NCBI GenBank assembly: GCA_951406725.2
Contig: OX597831.1
Coordinates: forward strand, 34,100,001 to 34,164,000
Direction of reading: 5' to 3'
DNA length: 64,000 bases
From: Octopus vulgaris
Taxonomy: Eukaryota
The stretch's first letter is position 1; every line of letters starts with the position of its first letter. Of this stretch, positions 27,966-40,624 are shown one piece after another. The translations under genes and the position numbers were made by a program. The notes below the pieces were generated by a model. That model was not told the DNA's origin, ran no database searches, and saw only the letters and a list, made by a program, of their open reading frames with translations.

Positions 27966-28498
27966 GAATTCAAATAACATTGGAAAGATTGAGAATAAAT
28001 AGAATAACCGAACGAATGTATAGGACAACCCAGTATAACATACTATCAGCGTATTTTTTGTGTATAAGAAAACTTAAAATTCTGCGCGATTTGATATGAT
28101 AGCTTTAAACTTTCTAGTACAACTGATGACAGACAGAAACAGACAGACAGTGGTAAAGATATGAATGTGTCTATTATATATTACATTATATTACATTCTC
28201 GTGCTTCTTAAACAATCTACTTCTTTTGTCAAACGTCATTCATCATTCAGTTGCATTCTGATTTAACAGCCAATCATTTGAATACTGTTTATAAAGTTAT
28301 TTTATTAGATATCATTTAGAGATGAAATTTTATTGCATCTAAAGAGTATTACCTCTGCTTAATCGCCCGTATTCATACCATATATACAAATAAGAAAATT
28401 GGATAAACTGATGAAAGTCGGAAACGTTTAAAGACAGAAGTTGAGAGTCTGTAGGTTGTTCCATCACTGTTCAGTATCATGATCTTTCTGTTGTCATT

Positions 28499-28892
28499 GT
28501 GGAGGCGCAATGGCCCAGTGGTTAGGGCAGCGGACTCGCGGTCGTAGGATCGCGGTTTCGATTCCCAGACCGGGCGTTGTGAGTGTTTATTGAGCGAAAA
28601 CACCTGAAAGCTCCGCGAGGCTCCGGCAGGGGATGGTGGGGATCCCTGCTGTACTCTTTCACCACAACTTTCTCTCACTCTTTGTTTCTGTTTCTGTTGT
28701 ACCTGTATTTCAAAGGGCCGGCCTTGTCACTCTCTGTGTCACGCTGAATATCCCCGAGAACAACGTTAAGGGTACACGTGTCTGTGGAGTGCTCAGCCAC
28801 TTACACGTTAATTTCACGAGCAGGCTGTTCCGTTGATTCGGATCAACCGGAACCCTCGTCGTCGGAACCGACGGAGTGCTTCCATCCATCCA
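28499..28892 (+). mobile_element. Young family C SINE with (TCCA)n tail and 12-bp TSD
   Basis: TCTGTTGTCATT at 28487-28498 and 28893-28904. Confidence 0.92.
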
Positions 28893-28929
28893 TCTGTTGT
28901 CATTAGTGCATTAATACAAAGAAATCATA

Positions 28930-29137
28930 TTCTTTTATTTGTTTCAGTCATTTGACCAGTGGCCATGCTGGAGCACCGCCTTTAGTCAAACAAATCGACC
29001 TCAGGACTTATACTTTGTAAGTCTAGTACTTATTCTATCGGTCTCTTTTTGCCGAACCGCTGCGTTACGCGGACGTAAACACACCAGCATCGGTTGTCAA
29101 GCGATGTTGGGAGAACAAACAAAGACACACACGCACG

Positions 29138-29188
<51 letters not shown>

Positions 29189-29330
29189 GTACGACGGGCT
29201 TCTTTTAGTTTCTATCTACCAAATCCACTCATAAGGCTTTGGTCGGCCTAAGGCTATAGTAGAAGACGCTTGCCCAAGGTACCATGCAGTGGGACTGAAC
29301 CCGGAACCATGTGGTTGGCAAGCAAGCTAT
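28930..29330 (-). mobile_element. Family B SINE
   Basis: Reverse-strand copy. Confidence 0.85.
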
Positions 29331-30230
29331 TTATTTCATTTCATAAAATTTTTCAGCCCCCTCCCTCCTCCTCCTTCTTCTTTAGATAGTTTGGTAAATC
29401 CAGAGTCTTCCAAATGGCCTTTATAGGGTTTCCCCTGTTCATGCACATCTCTCTTTGAAGTCCTTATGCATATCATACTGTTTCCTCGTGTGGTGTGATG
29501 TTTGTCTATTGTAAAGATAGCTTAAACTGTGCTTTAAATGGAGGTGTAGTCAAATCCTATTTTACGGACTCGACCATGTTCTAAAATAAGTGGAAAGCTA
29601 AGCTACTATAAATCGGCACAAACTTTGCGGACAACCCAATACATTGGTGACAAAAGAAATAACGTACTTCTTAAAAAAAAAAAGAGAATCAAACTTTCTC
29701 TTCTTTCCAATCGAAAGTTTAATTCAACTTCTCAAGCCACGACCATCGAGACTGTCACATCCACCCCACACACGCACACACACATACATAACAAAAACAC
29801 ACACGAATACGCATATATTATTTATATTAGATATTTTTTCCATCAGTTTCGCAGAAATGCCAAGTTTGAATTGTCGATAATCGGATCGATATCGATTAAC
29901 AGATTTAACAATCTGTATCCAGTCACCAGCACTGTATTATGTCGGTAAATCAGGATACTTAACAAATACTATTGATAAGTGTTTGCCTATCTCTGTAAAC
30001 AAATGTAACGTCTTGTGACAATGTAGGCTACAACGCTTATTAACTCTGTACAAATCTCAAATGGAACCAATAATGAAATACTGCTTCTAAATCTGGGACG
30101 GCGATGCTAATTTGCATACAATTATCTTGGATCGCGTTCTGATATACGCTACAAGACCGACTGGCATCAAGTTGCTCACCAACGTACTATGCCCTCACAT
30201 CTACATACATCTGGTGTCTTCACTCTACGA

Positions 30231-30233
30231 GTA

Positions 30234-30268
<35 letters not shown>

Positions 30269-30436
30269 ACCACTACTACTACTACTACTACCACCACCAC
30301 CACCACCACCCCTACTACTACTACTAAAACCACCACCATCTCCACTACCACCACCACCATCACCATCACCACCACCACCACCACCCCTACTACTACTACT
30401 AAAACCACCACCACCTCCACCACCACCATCACCACC

Positions 30437-30492
<56 letters not shown>

Positions 30493-30615
30493 CACCACCA
30501 CCACTACTACTACTACTAAAACCACCACCACCACCACCACCACCATCACCATCACCACCACCACCACCACTACTACTACTACCACCACCACCACCACCAC
30601 CTCCACCACCACCAT

Positions 30616-30669
<54 letters not shown>

Positions 30670-30670
30670 A
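30231..30670. repeat. Compound (TAC)/(CAC)n microsatellite with higher-order repetition
   Basis: The CTACTACTACTAAAACCACCACCA block recurs three times. Confidence 0.9.
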
Positions 30671-30727
30671 TTCACCAGCGCCTCTGCCGCGGCTACAACC
30701 ATTACTACTGCTATTATCAATAATAAA

Positions 30728-30927
30728 CTTTTCTAAAATAGGCGCAAGTACAGAAATTTTGAGGGGTGGGAAAGTCAATTGGATCGACATCATGGCTCAA
30801 ATGGTGCTTATTTTATCGACCGCGATGAAAGGCAAAGTCGACATCGGCGGATATAGAACTCGGAACAGACAAAGTATCACTAGACATTTTGTCCGGCGTG
30901 CTAACGATTCTGCCAGGTCTCTGCCTT
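30728..30927 (-). mobile_element. Degraded family A SINE
   Basis: GATGAAAGGCAAAGTCGAC...GCTAACGATTCTGCCAG. Confidence 0.7.
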
Positions 30928-30943
30928 AATAATGATAATGATA

Positions 30944-30998
<55 letters not shown>

Positions 30999-31324
30999 CA
31001 ACAACAATAATAATGACTTCATTTATTTGCCACCAGGGTGAAGGATGAAGGGGACAATACAAAGACAGATACAAAATGTTGGGGTTTGCATATGATGAAA
31101 TGGTAAATCGATGAATAAATATATAACAAAAATGGAGTAAATATATAAAATACATACAATAGAAAGGAAGGAAAATATAGACAGTATATATATATAAAGG
31201 TTAAAAAGAAAGAGGAATGAGTGAGATGTAGTCCTCCTGTTGAAAAATGATACATTGTCAGCTCGCCAATAATAATAATAACAACAACAACAACAACAAC
31301 AACAACAATAATAATAATAATAAC

Positions 31325-31772
31325 AATGCAAAGATCCTACGGGATTTTAGGATTCAGTGCGACCATGAGATAGAGAATAGGATGCCGGACATAGTCTTAA
31401 TTGAGAAAGAAAGCAAACTATGCTGGATCATAGATATAGCATGCCCAGCTGACAACAAGGTATGCGATAAAGAAGAAAGAAAAGTTGAGAGATATGACAG
31501 GTTAGCTTGGGAAGTGAAGCAGTTGTGGTCGATGAATAAGGTAGCAGTAGTACTAATAATTGTGGGAGCCCTGGGAACAGTGAGTAAAAATCTCGAGAAG
31601 TACATGGAACAAATAGGGGCTGTAATAAGGGTGGAGCACTTGCAGAAAACAGCACTGATTGGAACCGCTCGAATACTCCGGAAGGTGCTCGAAAAATAAG
31701 AGGTGTTACCTTAGTTCACTGGTAGTGAACAGCTGACACCGCAGCACATCTCCAGCGTTAGAAGCTGTGCAA
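31325..31772 (+). mobile_element. 3' fragment of an R4/Dong-like LINE (RLE endonuclease and 3' UTR) directly after (AAT)/(AAC)n
   Basis: AKILRDFRIQCDHEIENRMPDIVLIEK...IIDIACPAD...KVERYDRL...LQKTALIGTARILRKVLEK* (PD-(D/E)xK RLE). Confidence 0.88.
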
Positions 31773-33272
31773 AGGAGAGTAGGAAGTTCAGTCAGGCAGG
31801 ATCAAACTGGGGCAGATACTTTCAAACAGTTCAGGTCAACCAAATTCATTCACAAGGCAGTCGTCGGTCTAATGCTATAGTAGAAGACACCTGCCCAAGT
31901 TGCCACACAGTGGGACTGAACCCAAAACTAAGTAGTTGTAAAGCGAGCTACTTTATCACACAACTATGTCTGTGTCTATGTTATTAACTTATTCATTTGT
32001 TTTTAAAATTCGTATCGATCCACTGAAAAATATAGACAAATTTGCTGATGTAATCATGCAGCATATTTGAATGAATAATTTAAAATATCTTATCAAACTC
32101 TTTGTTGTTTTCATCTACATTAATACTTTCACGAAAATTCATTATAATTCACTGATTGGTTGATTCTCAACGTCTGCCTCCATCACGTATGTGGTTTTGA
32201 AAGTGAGAACGATAGTTCGATATTCGTCTGCTTCAGAGATGTTGCTCTTCTTGGAAGTAGGACACACTATAACATGCTTCAGAAGATCAACAGGGAGAGA
32301 AATAGTGATTAAAGTGTTGGGGGAAGGATAGGGGTTAGTTTGTGTAGGGCATAATGTTTGAAACTAGTGACAGAGATTCTTCAGAACTGGTGGTTTTGTT
32401 GGTTTCAGATGAACAGAGTTGCTCTCATACTTAGCATGTATGCGTACGTGGAAGTGGTCGTGGCGGACGGGTGAAAGAGAGTTTTGAAGGTGAGGCTGGG
32501 GGTAATGTTCCTCTTGTGAACAGAGAGTGGATTTAGACACAGAAATGGTAACAAATGCGATGGCTTTTACTACGAAAGTATTTTAAATTATGGTTGAGGA
32601 GTGGAAAGGAAGAGAATGAAGATTCTGTAATTTTGGTAGAAATATTGTTAGAAGAAGGATTGGTAGTAGTTTGGGTGGAGGGATGGAGGCGGAGAGGGAT
32701 GGATGGAGGGAGGGAGGGAGAGAGAGGGGGAAAGAGAAAGAAAAAGAGATAGACACACAAACAAGGACCGACAGGACTGAAACAGAGAGGCGAAGAGAGA
32801 CAAACACACAAACACTGAGGTGGAGAGGGCGAGGGGGAGAGAGGAGAGACAGAGTTGCTATAATCACCTCCCTACCATAAATACATCTTCTACACATAGT
32901 TGTGACCGACACACTTACACCCCAAGCACACTGTATCTCATTCACATCTCAACCAACCCCTCTTTCATGCTGCAGCAACCAGAACATCTAAGCACCGCCT
33001 AATCACAGAGACACAGAGACAGAGACTGAGATAAAGAGAGAGGAAGGGACAGGGAGAGAGAGAGAGATTTTGTGCATTATGCGTAGTACGCGGGCGTCAT
33101 TTGCATTTGGGATGATGCTCTTCCAGTGATTGCGGTGATGGTGATGGGTAAACAACGTCTGGTTTTTAGGAATAGGTGACATGTACTTTTCAGGCATAGC
33201 ATGCCATATTCGTTGCATGGATACTATTGCAGCACAGCTACGAATGGATCACTAGGGCACTTCAGTGGTTAT

Positions 33273-33640
33273 TCTTATTTTACTTGTTTCAGTCATTTGA
33301 CTGCGGCCATGCTGGAGCACCGCCTTTAGTCGAGCAAATCGACCCCGGGTCTTATTCTTTGTAAGCCCAGTACTTATTCTATCGGTCTCTTTGCCGAACC
33401 GCTAAGTGACGGGGACGTAAACACACCAGCATCGGTTGTCAAACACAGACACACATACATATATATATACATATATACGACAGGCTTCTTTCAGTTTCCG
33501 TCTACCAAATCCACTCACAAGGCATTGGTCGGCCCGGGGCTATAGCAGAAGACACTTGCCCAAGATGCCACGCAGTGGGACTGAACCCGGAACCATGTGG
33601 TTGGTTAGCAAGCTACTTACCACACAGCTACTCATGCGCC
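33273..33640 (-). mobile_element. Family B SINE
   Basis: Reverse-strand copy. Confidence 0.85.
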
Positions 33641-33730
33641 TGTACTCTTGTTTTTTTTAAAGATATGGAAGGATATACCCAAAGGCGCAGCTTCTCAAAG
33701 GTCATGTTTAATATCAATGTTTACTTAGCT

Positions 33731-33818
33731 GTGTCTGATGGCTCGGGGGTGAAATATATATTCGGTGTTTTAGGAACCGAAACGAAACTAGCGAAACTCC
33801 GAGGAAACTGAGCTACAC
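33731..33818 (+). ncRNA. Hammerhead-like motif with an extended stem II (core variant)
   Basis: GTGT-CTGATGG-CTCGGGG...CTCCGAG-GAAAC-TGAGCT-ACAC; stem I GTGT/ACAC; internal hairpin TTCGGT/ACCGAA. Confidence 0.45.
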
Positions 33819-34286
33819 TCTCCAAAGATCCACAAGCGAATTGTTTGTATGGTATGTGAACGGATAATAAATATTCTTGATTAGGCGGTGCTTAGATGTT
33901 CTGGTTGCTGCAGCATCAAAGGTTGAGGTGTGAATGAGATACAGTGTGCTTGGGGTGTAAGTGTGTCGATCACAACTACGGGTAGAAGATGTATTTATGG
34001 AAGAGAGTTGATTATAGCAAAATATGCCACTTCTGCATGTCTGTCGTATGTATGAAATAAGCGCGAAAGTCAAATGAAATTGGGAATAATGAAGATATCA
34101 AGGGCAGTAACTTTAGAGAAAGGTTATTTGAGGAAAATATTCCTGATGTACGACGAACGATAATCGAAAAGCTTTTGATAATTGGAGGAGTTTGGAATGC
34201 AGTAGAAGCAGGAGATATATTTAAAGAAATGAAGAAGTTGGACTTGAACAAGAGTAGAGTAACTTGAAGTCCCTTTATTTTTATTC

Positions 34287-34324
<38 letters not shown>

Positions 34325-34327
<3 letters not shown>

Positions 34328-34528
34328 TAATCCAAATATGAAAACACAAAGAGAAAACACAACAACGCGAGGACGTGGAACAAGTATAATATTATTGGAC
34401 GCTCAGGAAAGAAGGAAAGAAGGAGGGTTTAACGTTTCGAGCGGAGCTCTTCGTCAGAAACATAGGAAAAGGAAAGATCCAAAGAAGGGAAGACGGAGGA
34501 AATAAAATCGCCAACGGTACACACGCGG

Positions 34529-34530
<2 letters not shown>
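34325..34530 (-). mobile_element. ~200-bp hammerhead-bearing PLE terminal-repeat-like element ending at (TA)n
   Basis: Homologous to 51660-51790 and 39665-39742; lies 3' of the PLE RT fragment on the same strand. Confidence 0.7.
34427..34461 (-). ncRNA. Minimal type I hammerhead ribozyme motif
   Basis: Minus strand reads GTTT-CTGACGA-A-GAG-CTCCG-CTC-GAAAC-GTT-AAAC. Confidence 0.7.
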
Positions 34531-34601
<71 letters not shown>

Positions 34602-34661
34602 CATAGTGCTGGATATGTTGTTGGCGTTCTTGTGGTTGGCATAGTGGGGACACGTTTCAAA

Positions 34662-35190
34662 TTACTCTAAGTTTTCCACATGGATGTTGATTTTGGTAGT
34701 ACCTGACATTGCTGAGTCACTAAGGATTACCAGTGGATTAGTCATAAGTTTATAATAGTGTGAGTGGAGTAAACAGGGTTTAACAGTTCCGTTAATCATA
34801 GTATCTTCTATCCACAGCTCAGTATCTAGGACAGCTAATCTATTTCTGGGATGTTTAGAGGGGTTTTCTACAGTAACCTTTATATTGCTATGGATAGAGT
34901 CAGCTATGTGTTGTGTAGTTGTCATCATCTGTTCTTCATCAAGTAAAGTGTTCGCATGTATATTTCTTTTCACGACAAGGTTAATGTTGTCGATGCGTCG
35001 AGAGTACATAGACAAGTGGATGTTACGGGTCGCTAGGCACAGCTTAAAATATCTCGCCCACCATATCATGAGGAGATTGGCAACATCACCGGTGATCCCT
35101 ACACCAAAAGCACCGCCTTTCAGCCGTTTGTATAATTTATTATTAAACTTAAAAATATGGTTTTTAAGAGTAGCTCTTAGGCTGGCACCG
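34662..35190 (-). mobile_element. Penelope-like element reverse transcriptase fragment (degenerate)
   Basis: NHIFKFNNKLYKRLKGGAFGVGITGDVANLLM (F....Y.Q..G.AMG motif); YSRRIDNI (decayed RYVDD); LAVLDTELWI; HYYK.M.N..VI.SDSAMS. Confidence 0.8.
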
Positions 35191-35703
35191 ATTCCACTCG
35201 GGAGTACCCATCTATAATCACTCCTTTCTCTCATTTACATCAAAAAATTGATATATAGACGTTGAGATACATGATACCGATGTAAATATATATATATGTG
35301 TGTGTGTATGTGTGTGTGTGTGTGTGTATGTCTGTGTTTGGGTATGTATGTGTGTATGAGTGTGTATATGCATGTAAGTATATGGGTGTGCACACATCTA
35401 TAAATATATATGAACATATATATGTATATGTCTGTGTAAAATACAAAAAAGTATTCGGGTTTATCCGATTCTGTGAAAATTGAGACATATATACATACAT
35501 ACATGCATGCGTATATGCATGCATGAGCAGGTACACATATACATACGTACATGCATCCATGCATGCATGCATCCATCCATCCATATATTCATTGATAAGC
35601 ACATATATATCGTGAACTGTTTCTCAGATGCAGCACCAAGTTTTGTCAGTGAACAGGTCGCGGTTTGAAAGCGACGAAAATATTTTGAAACAAATGTGAA
35701 ATC

Positions 35704-35749
<46 letters not shown>

Positions 35750-35771
35750 TTATATTTATATATACATATAG

Positions 35772-35835
<64 letters not shown>

Positions 35836-35897
35836 GTGTGTGTGTGTGTGTGTTTCTATATATATGTATAGGCGTGTGTTTATATATATATATATAT

Positions 35898-36175
35898 AGG
35901 GTAAAGACCCCCTTCGGTCATGAATGACCATGGGATTGCACCTAGAAAGTTACCCTCCTAGACACAAGTCCGGGCAAGGTTGTTTATGGAAGACCAGCAG
36001 TCGCCCATGCATACCAGCCTCCCCTCTCCACGCCACCAGTGTTATCCAAGGGAAAGGCAAAGGCCGATACAGCTTGGCACCTGTGACGTCGCAACTCATT
36101 TCTACAGCTGAGTGTACTGGAGCAACGTGAAATAAAGTGCCTTGCTCAAGAACACAACACGCAGCCCAGTCCGGA
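35898..36175 (-). mobile_element. Family D SINE (CORE-like CTTGAGCAAGGCACTTTA), head truncated
   Basis: Homologous pieces at 20268, 23975 and 57950. Confidence 0.75.
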
Positions 36176-36279
36176 CACATACATACATACATACATACAT
36201 ACATACATACATACATACATACATACATACAAGCATGCATGCATGCATGCATACATACATACATACATACATACATACA

Positions 36280-36313
<34 letters not shown>

Positions 36314-36464
36314 CATACATACATACATACCAAAACATTTTCGAGGGATATATAATCCTGGTGGTTACTATTGTATAATTTCATGATTTTCTTTTTTTAA
36401 TATTTGGTTTGTGCTGTTTCTGAAATGAGTATCGTTTCCTTATAAATATTTAAGACAACGTAAT

Positions 36465-36902
36465 ATTCTTTTCTACTCTAGGCACAAGGCCCGAAATTTT
36501 GGGGCTGGGAGCCAGTCGATTAAATTGACCCCAGTACGCAACGGGTATTTATTTATCGACCCCAGTATGCAACGGGTACTTAATTTATCGACCCCGAAAG
36601 GATGAAAGCAAAGTCAACCTCGTTGGGACATGAACTCAGAACGCTAAGCATTTCGATCGGTGTGCTACCTATTTCTTTATTGCCCACAAGGGGCTAAACA
36701 TAGAGGGGACGAACAAGGACAGACAAACGGATTAAGTCGATTATATCGACCCCAGTGCGTAACTGGTACTTATTTAATCGACCCCGAAAGGCTGAAAGGC
36801 GAAGTCGACCTCGGCGGAATTTGAACTCAGAACGTAGCAGCAGACGAAATACCGCTAAGTATTTTGTCCGCTGTGCTGCCGTTTCTGCCAGCTCGCTGCC
36901 TT
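36465..36902 (-). mobile_element. Two nested family A SINEs with different tails
   Basis: The long-tail copy (~36670-36900) adjoins a short-tail copy; 31-bp internal tandem duplication at ~36527-36590. Confidence 0.8.
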
Positions 36903-37117
36903 AAGACAATGTAATATTGCAATGAAAAGGATACAAATAGAAATAATGGTAGATGTTTGACTTTTCATAAATAACAAAAGAGCTATCTGATATTTATTAT
37001 GTGAGAGGCCGAGGAATATGATACGAGAAATTCCAGCCATTTAAAGTAAACCTTTTATACACACACACTCACATACATTCACATCACACACACACATACA
37101 CCAGCACATTCATACGG

Positions 37118-37190
<73 letters not shown>

Positions 37191-37478
37191 TATATACATA
37201 TATATATATAAAGGGAAAGTCTACGAAAATATATATATATACATATACATATACATATATACACACATATATATCTTTGCCTCTTTATTTATATGAACAT
37301 ATATTTATACATTGCATTGTAGATATAAATATATATACATACATACATACATACATATATAGAGAGAGGGAGCGGGAGAGCGAGAGAGAAAGAGAGGGAA
37401 AGGGAGAAAGAGAAAAAGAGAGAGATGTAAATGTAGACATCTATCATAGCTCTCTCTTTTTTTATCTATCTATATCTA

Positions 37479-37545
<67 letters not shown>

Positions 37546-37766
37546 TTATCTGTCTATCTATCTATCTATCTATCTATCTTTATATATATATATATATATG
37601 TATACTTAATTGTTATATGAAATTAACATATATATTCTTCTATCATATTCCCCTGCTTCAGACATAGTAAATATTATATACTTCATTATTATTCATAAAC
37701 ACCCAAAACTCTAACCATCCCTCCTCTACATTTTATTTAACCTAAAATTGTCTTGAAGATATGTGG

Positions 37767-37844
<78 letters not shown>

Positions 37845-38322
37845 GTTTGTGTGTGTATAAATATATATATATATATGTTTGTATGTGTGTATGCGAATGT
37901 GTATGTACGCGTGTGTGTATTTTTACGTAATATGAAAAGACACAGATACAAAAATACATATATGTGAATATATATAGGCATATATATATATATATATACA
38001 TATATATAAACACATACATATATATATTTATATATGTATGTATACGCATGTATATGATTTTATGTGCGAATGTATGCACATCTAAAAGTTATCCAATTAA
38101 GCTAAAGTCTACATAATTACGTAACCTATTACACGTATTGATATCACTATTCTAGACGTTTACAAAATTACATTCAGAATGTGCTATAGTCATGCTAACC
38201 TTGTGCTTGTGTGCATGTGTTTACGACTGTGCTATGTGCGTGAATGAACGTACATATGGACATGTATGTACGTATGTACGTACGTGTGATTTTATATATA
38301 TATATATATATATATACATATG

Positions 38323-38379
<57 letters not shown>

Positions 38380-38425
38380 CATATTATATATATATATATG
38401 CATATGTATATATATATATATATAC

Positions 38426-38538
<113 letters not shown>

Positions 38539-38909
38539 CAAGCAAACATACTAACACGCACATATATTTACGTACATACATACATATATGTATACTTGTA
38601 TGTATGAATATATTGAACATCAAAATACATTACAACATTAATTATAGATTTTATGTATAATTTTATTAGATTTAATAATGACTATTCTTTCATTTTTACA
38701 CGAACGCAAGTGTTTGTGTGTTTGGGTATATCTATGAGAGTGTGCGTGCGATCATGTCTGTAAGTTTGAGCGTGTGTTTCAGGTTTGTTTCCTCGCGTTT
38801 TATGACTGCAAGTGTTAGTGTTCGTGTATTCCGTTATTCTCTCCTGTTTCGTTTTTTCTTTACTGCTTTCCTACGTTAGAAATCAGTTGCCTTCACATTT
38901 TTACTGTTT

Positions 38910-39300
38910 TACTCTTTTACTTGTTTCAGTCATTTGACTGCAGCCATGCTGGAGCACCGCCTTCAGTCGAGCAAATCGACCACCAGAGCATATTCTTTGT
39001 AAGCCTAGTACTTATTCTATCGGTCCTCTTTTGCCGAACCGTTAAGTTACGGGGACGTAAACACACCAGCATCGGTTGTCAGGCGATGTTAGGCGGACAA
39101 ACACAGACACACAAACATATACACACACATACATATATATTTGTACATATATTTCGACGGGCTTCTTTCAGTTTCCGTCTACCAAATCCACTCACAAGGC
39201 TTTGGTCGGGCCGAGGCTATAGTAGAAAACACTTGCCGAAGGTGCCATTCAGTGGGACTGAACCCGGAATCATGTGCTACTTTCCACACAGCCACTCCTA
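38910..39300 (-). mobile_element. Family B SINE
   Basis: Reverse-strand copy. Confidence 0.85.
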
Positions 39301-40089
39301 GAGTATTTTTTTTCATTTTATGGATCAGTTTTTGGCGAACCTTAAAATTACACCACGAAAGAAGGTAACCAACAAAAACAAAACATCCATAAGTACTTAC
39401 TTTTGCCGAAGGTAACGCGAAGTAGGTCTGCTTCTAGTTTCGCGCCTGGCCAACTAATATCCCGTGATCGAATTTGGTTGACGGAAAATGTGTGGAAGCC
39501 AACCTATACATACATACAAAAAAAGATGCATCTTTTTATAAAAGTACAATAAATATGTATTTTGCAAAAACACTGGTGGGTGATCCTTGAGGTAGGTGTT
39601 AAATTGTTCGACATCAAAATATTAATATCAAAACATTAATACACACACACACACATTTCAATATGCGACCGCGTGTGTATCGTTGGCGATTTTCTTTCTC
39701 TGTCTTCCCTTCTTTGGATTTTTTTCTATATTTATGATGAAGGGATGTATGGGTGGTATTAAGTGAAAGGTTAGTAGTGTTCTGTATTAAGTTACGTGTT
39801 CATATTGAGTTGTGGAAGATATGTATCGATGAAAGTTGCCCCTTTATTCATTCTTTGTTGTACTGAGGGGTTCTGTGAACATTGATAGAAGGGGAAAATT
39901 AGGAAATTAGGATGAAGGTTCCTAGCACACCTTTCTATGTGTTCACTGACCTGCATCTGTCTGTATTGTTGGTGGCGGATTTGTTCTCTGTGGAGAGTGG
40001 GTCTTCGACAGAGTGAAATTCCTCTTTGGCCAATATAATGATTACCACACCCTAAGCATGTAATGGAATAGATTATATATATACATATA

Positions 40090-40150
40090 TTGATTGATTG
40101 ATTGATTCTAGTTTCAGCTCATGAGCTGTGGCCATGCTGGGGCACCGCCA
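40090..40150 (-). mobile_element. Extreme 3' end of a retroposon sharing the family B tail, with a (TCAA)n tail
   Basis: Minus strand reads GGCGGTGCCCCAGCATGGCCACAGCTCATGAGCTGAAACTAGAATCAATCAATCAATCAA. Confidence 0.65.
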
Positions 40151-40199
40151 TATGTGTGTATATATACATATTAGTGTGTGTGTGTGTGTGTGTGTCTAT

Positions 40200-40380
40200 T
40201 ACCCCACCATCGCTTGACAACCGATGCTGGTGTGTTTACATCCCTGTAACTTAGCGGTTCGACTGATAGAATAAGTACTAGTCTTATAAAGAATATGTCC
40301 TGGGGTCGACTTGTTCGAGCAAAAGCGATGCTCCAGTATGGCTGCAGTCAAGTGACTGATACAAATAAATGAATAAAAGA
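40200..40380 (+). mobile_element. Family B SINE 3' half
   Basis: GCTTGACAACCGATGCTGGTGTG...GCAGTCAAGTGACTGA. Confidence 0.8.
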
Positions 40381-40558
40381 ATTACACATATAAAAGGACA
40401 AACGCCATTCGGCTATACAACAAAAAGAAAATAATTGTACACTTACAACATAAATAAATAGCAAAATGGGTCTTTCGACTATCAGACGAACGCAATAAGC
40501 TGACACAAAGGGAAAATGGAAAATCTTAACAGACCGGGCGGGAAGACAGGCGAACATA

Positions 40559-40624
<66 letters not shown>

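Larger units (their letters stand above)
32850..34020. repeat. ~150-bp inverted duplication (32850-33004 vs 33878-34020)
   Basis: CACACTTACACCCCAAGCACACTGTATCTCATTCACA...GCAGCAACCAGAACATCTAAGCACCGCCTAATCA and its reverse complement. Confidence 0.85.

Noticed and set aside
28405-28432. CTGATGA-AAGTCG-GAAACGTT hammerhead
   Set aside because: No stem II or stem I pairing, and the paralogous copy at ~25722 lacks GAAAC.
30189-30929. Extensin/formin-like proline-rich protein
   Set aside because: Pure trinucleotide array running into a SINE.
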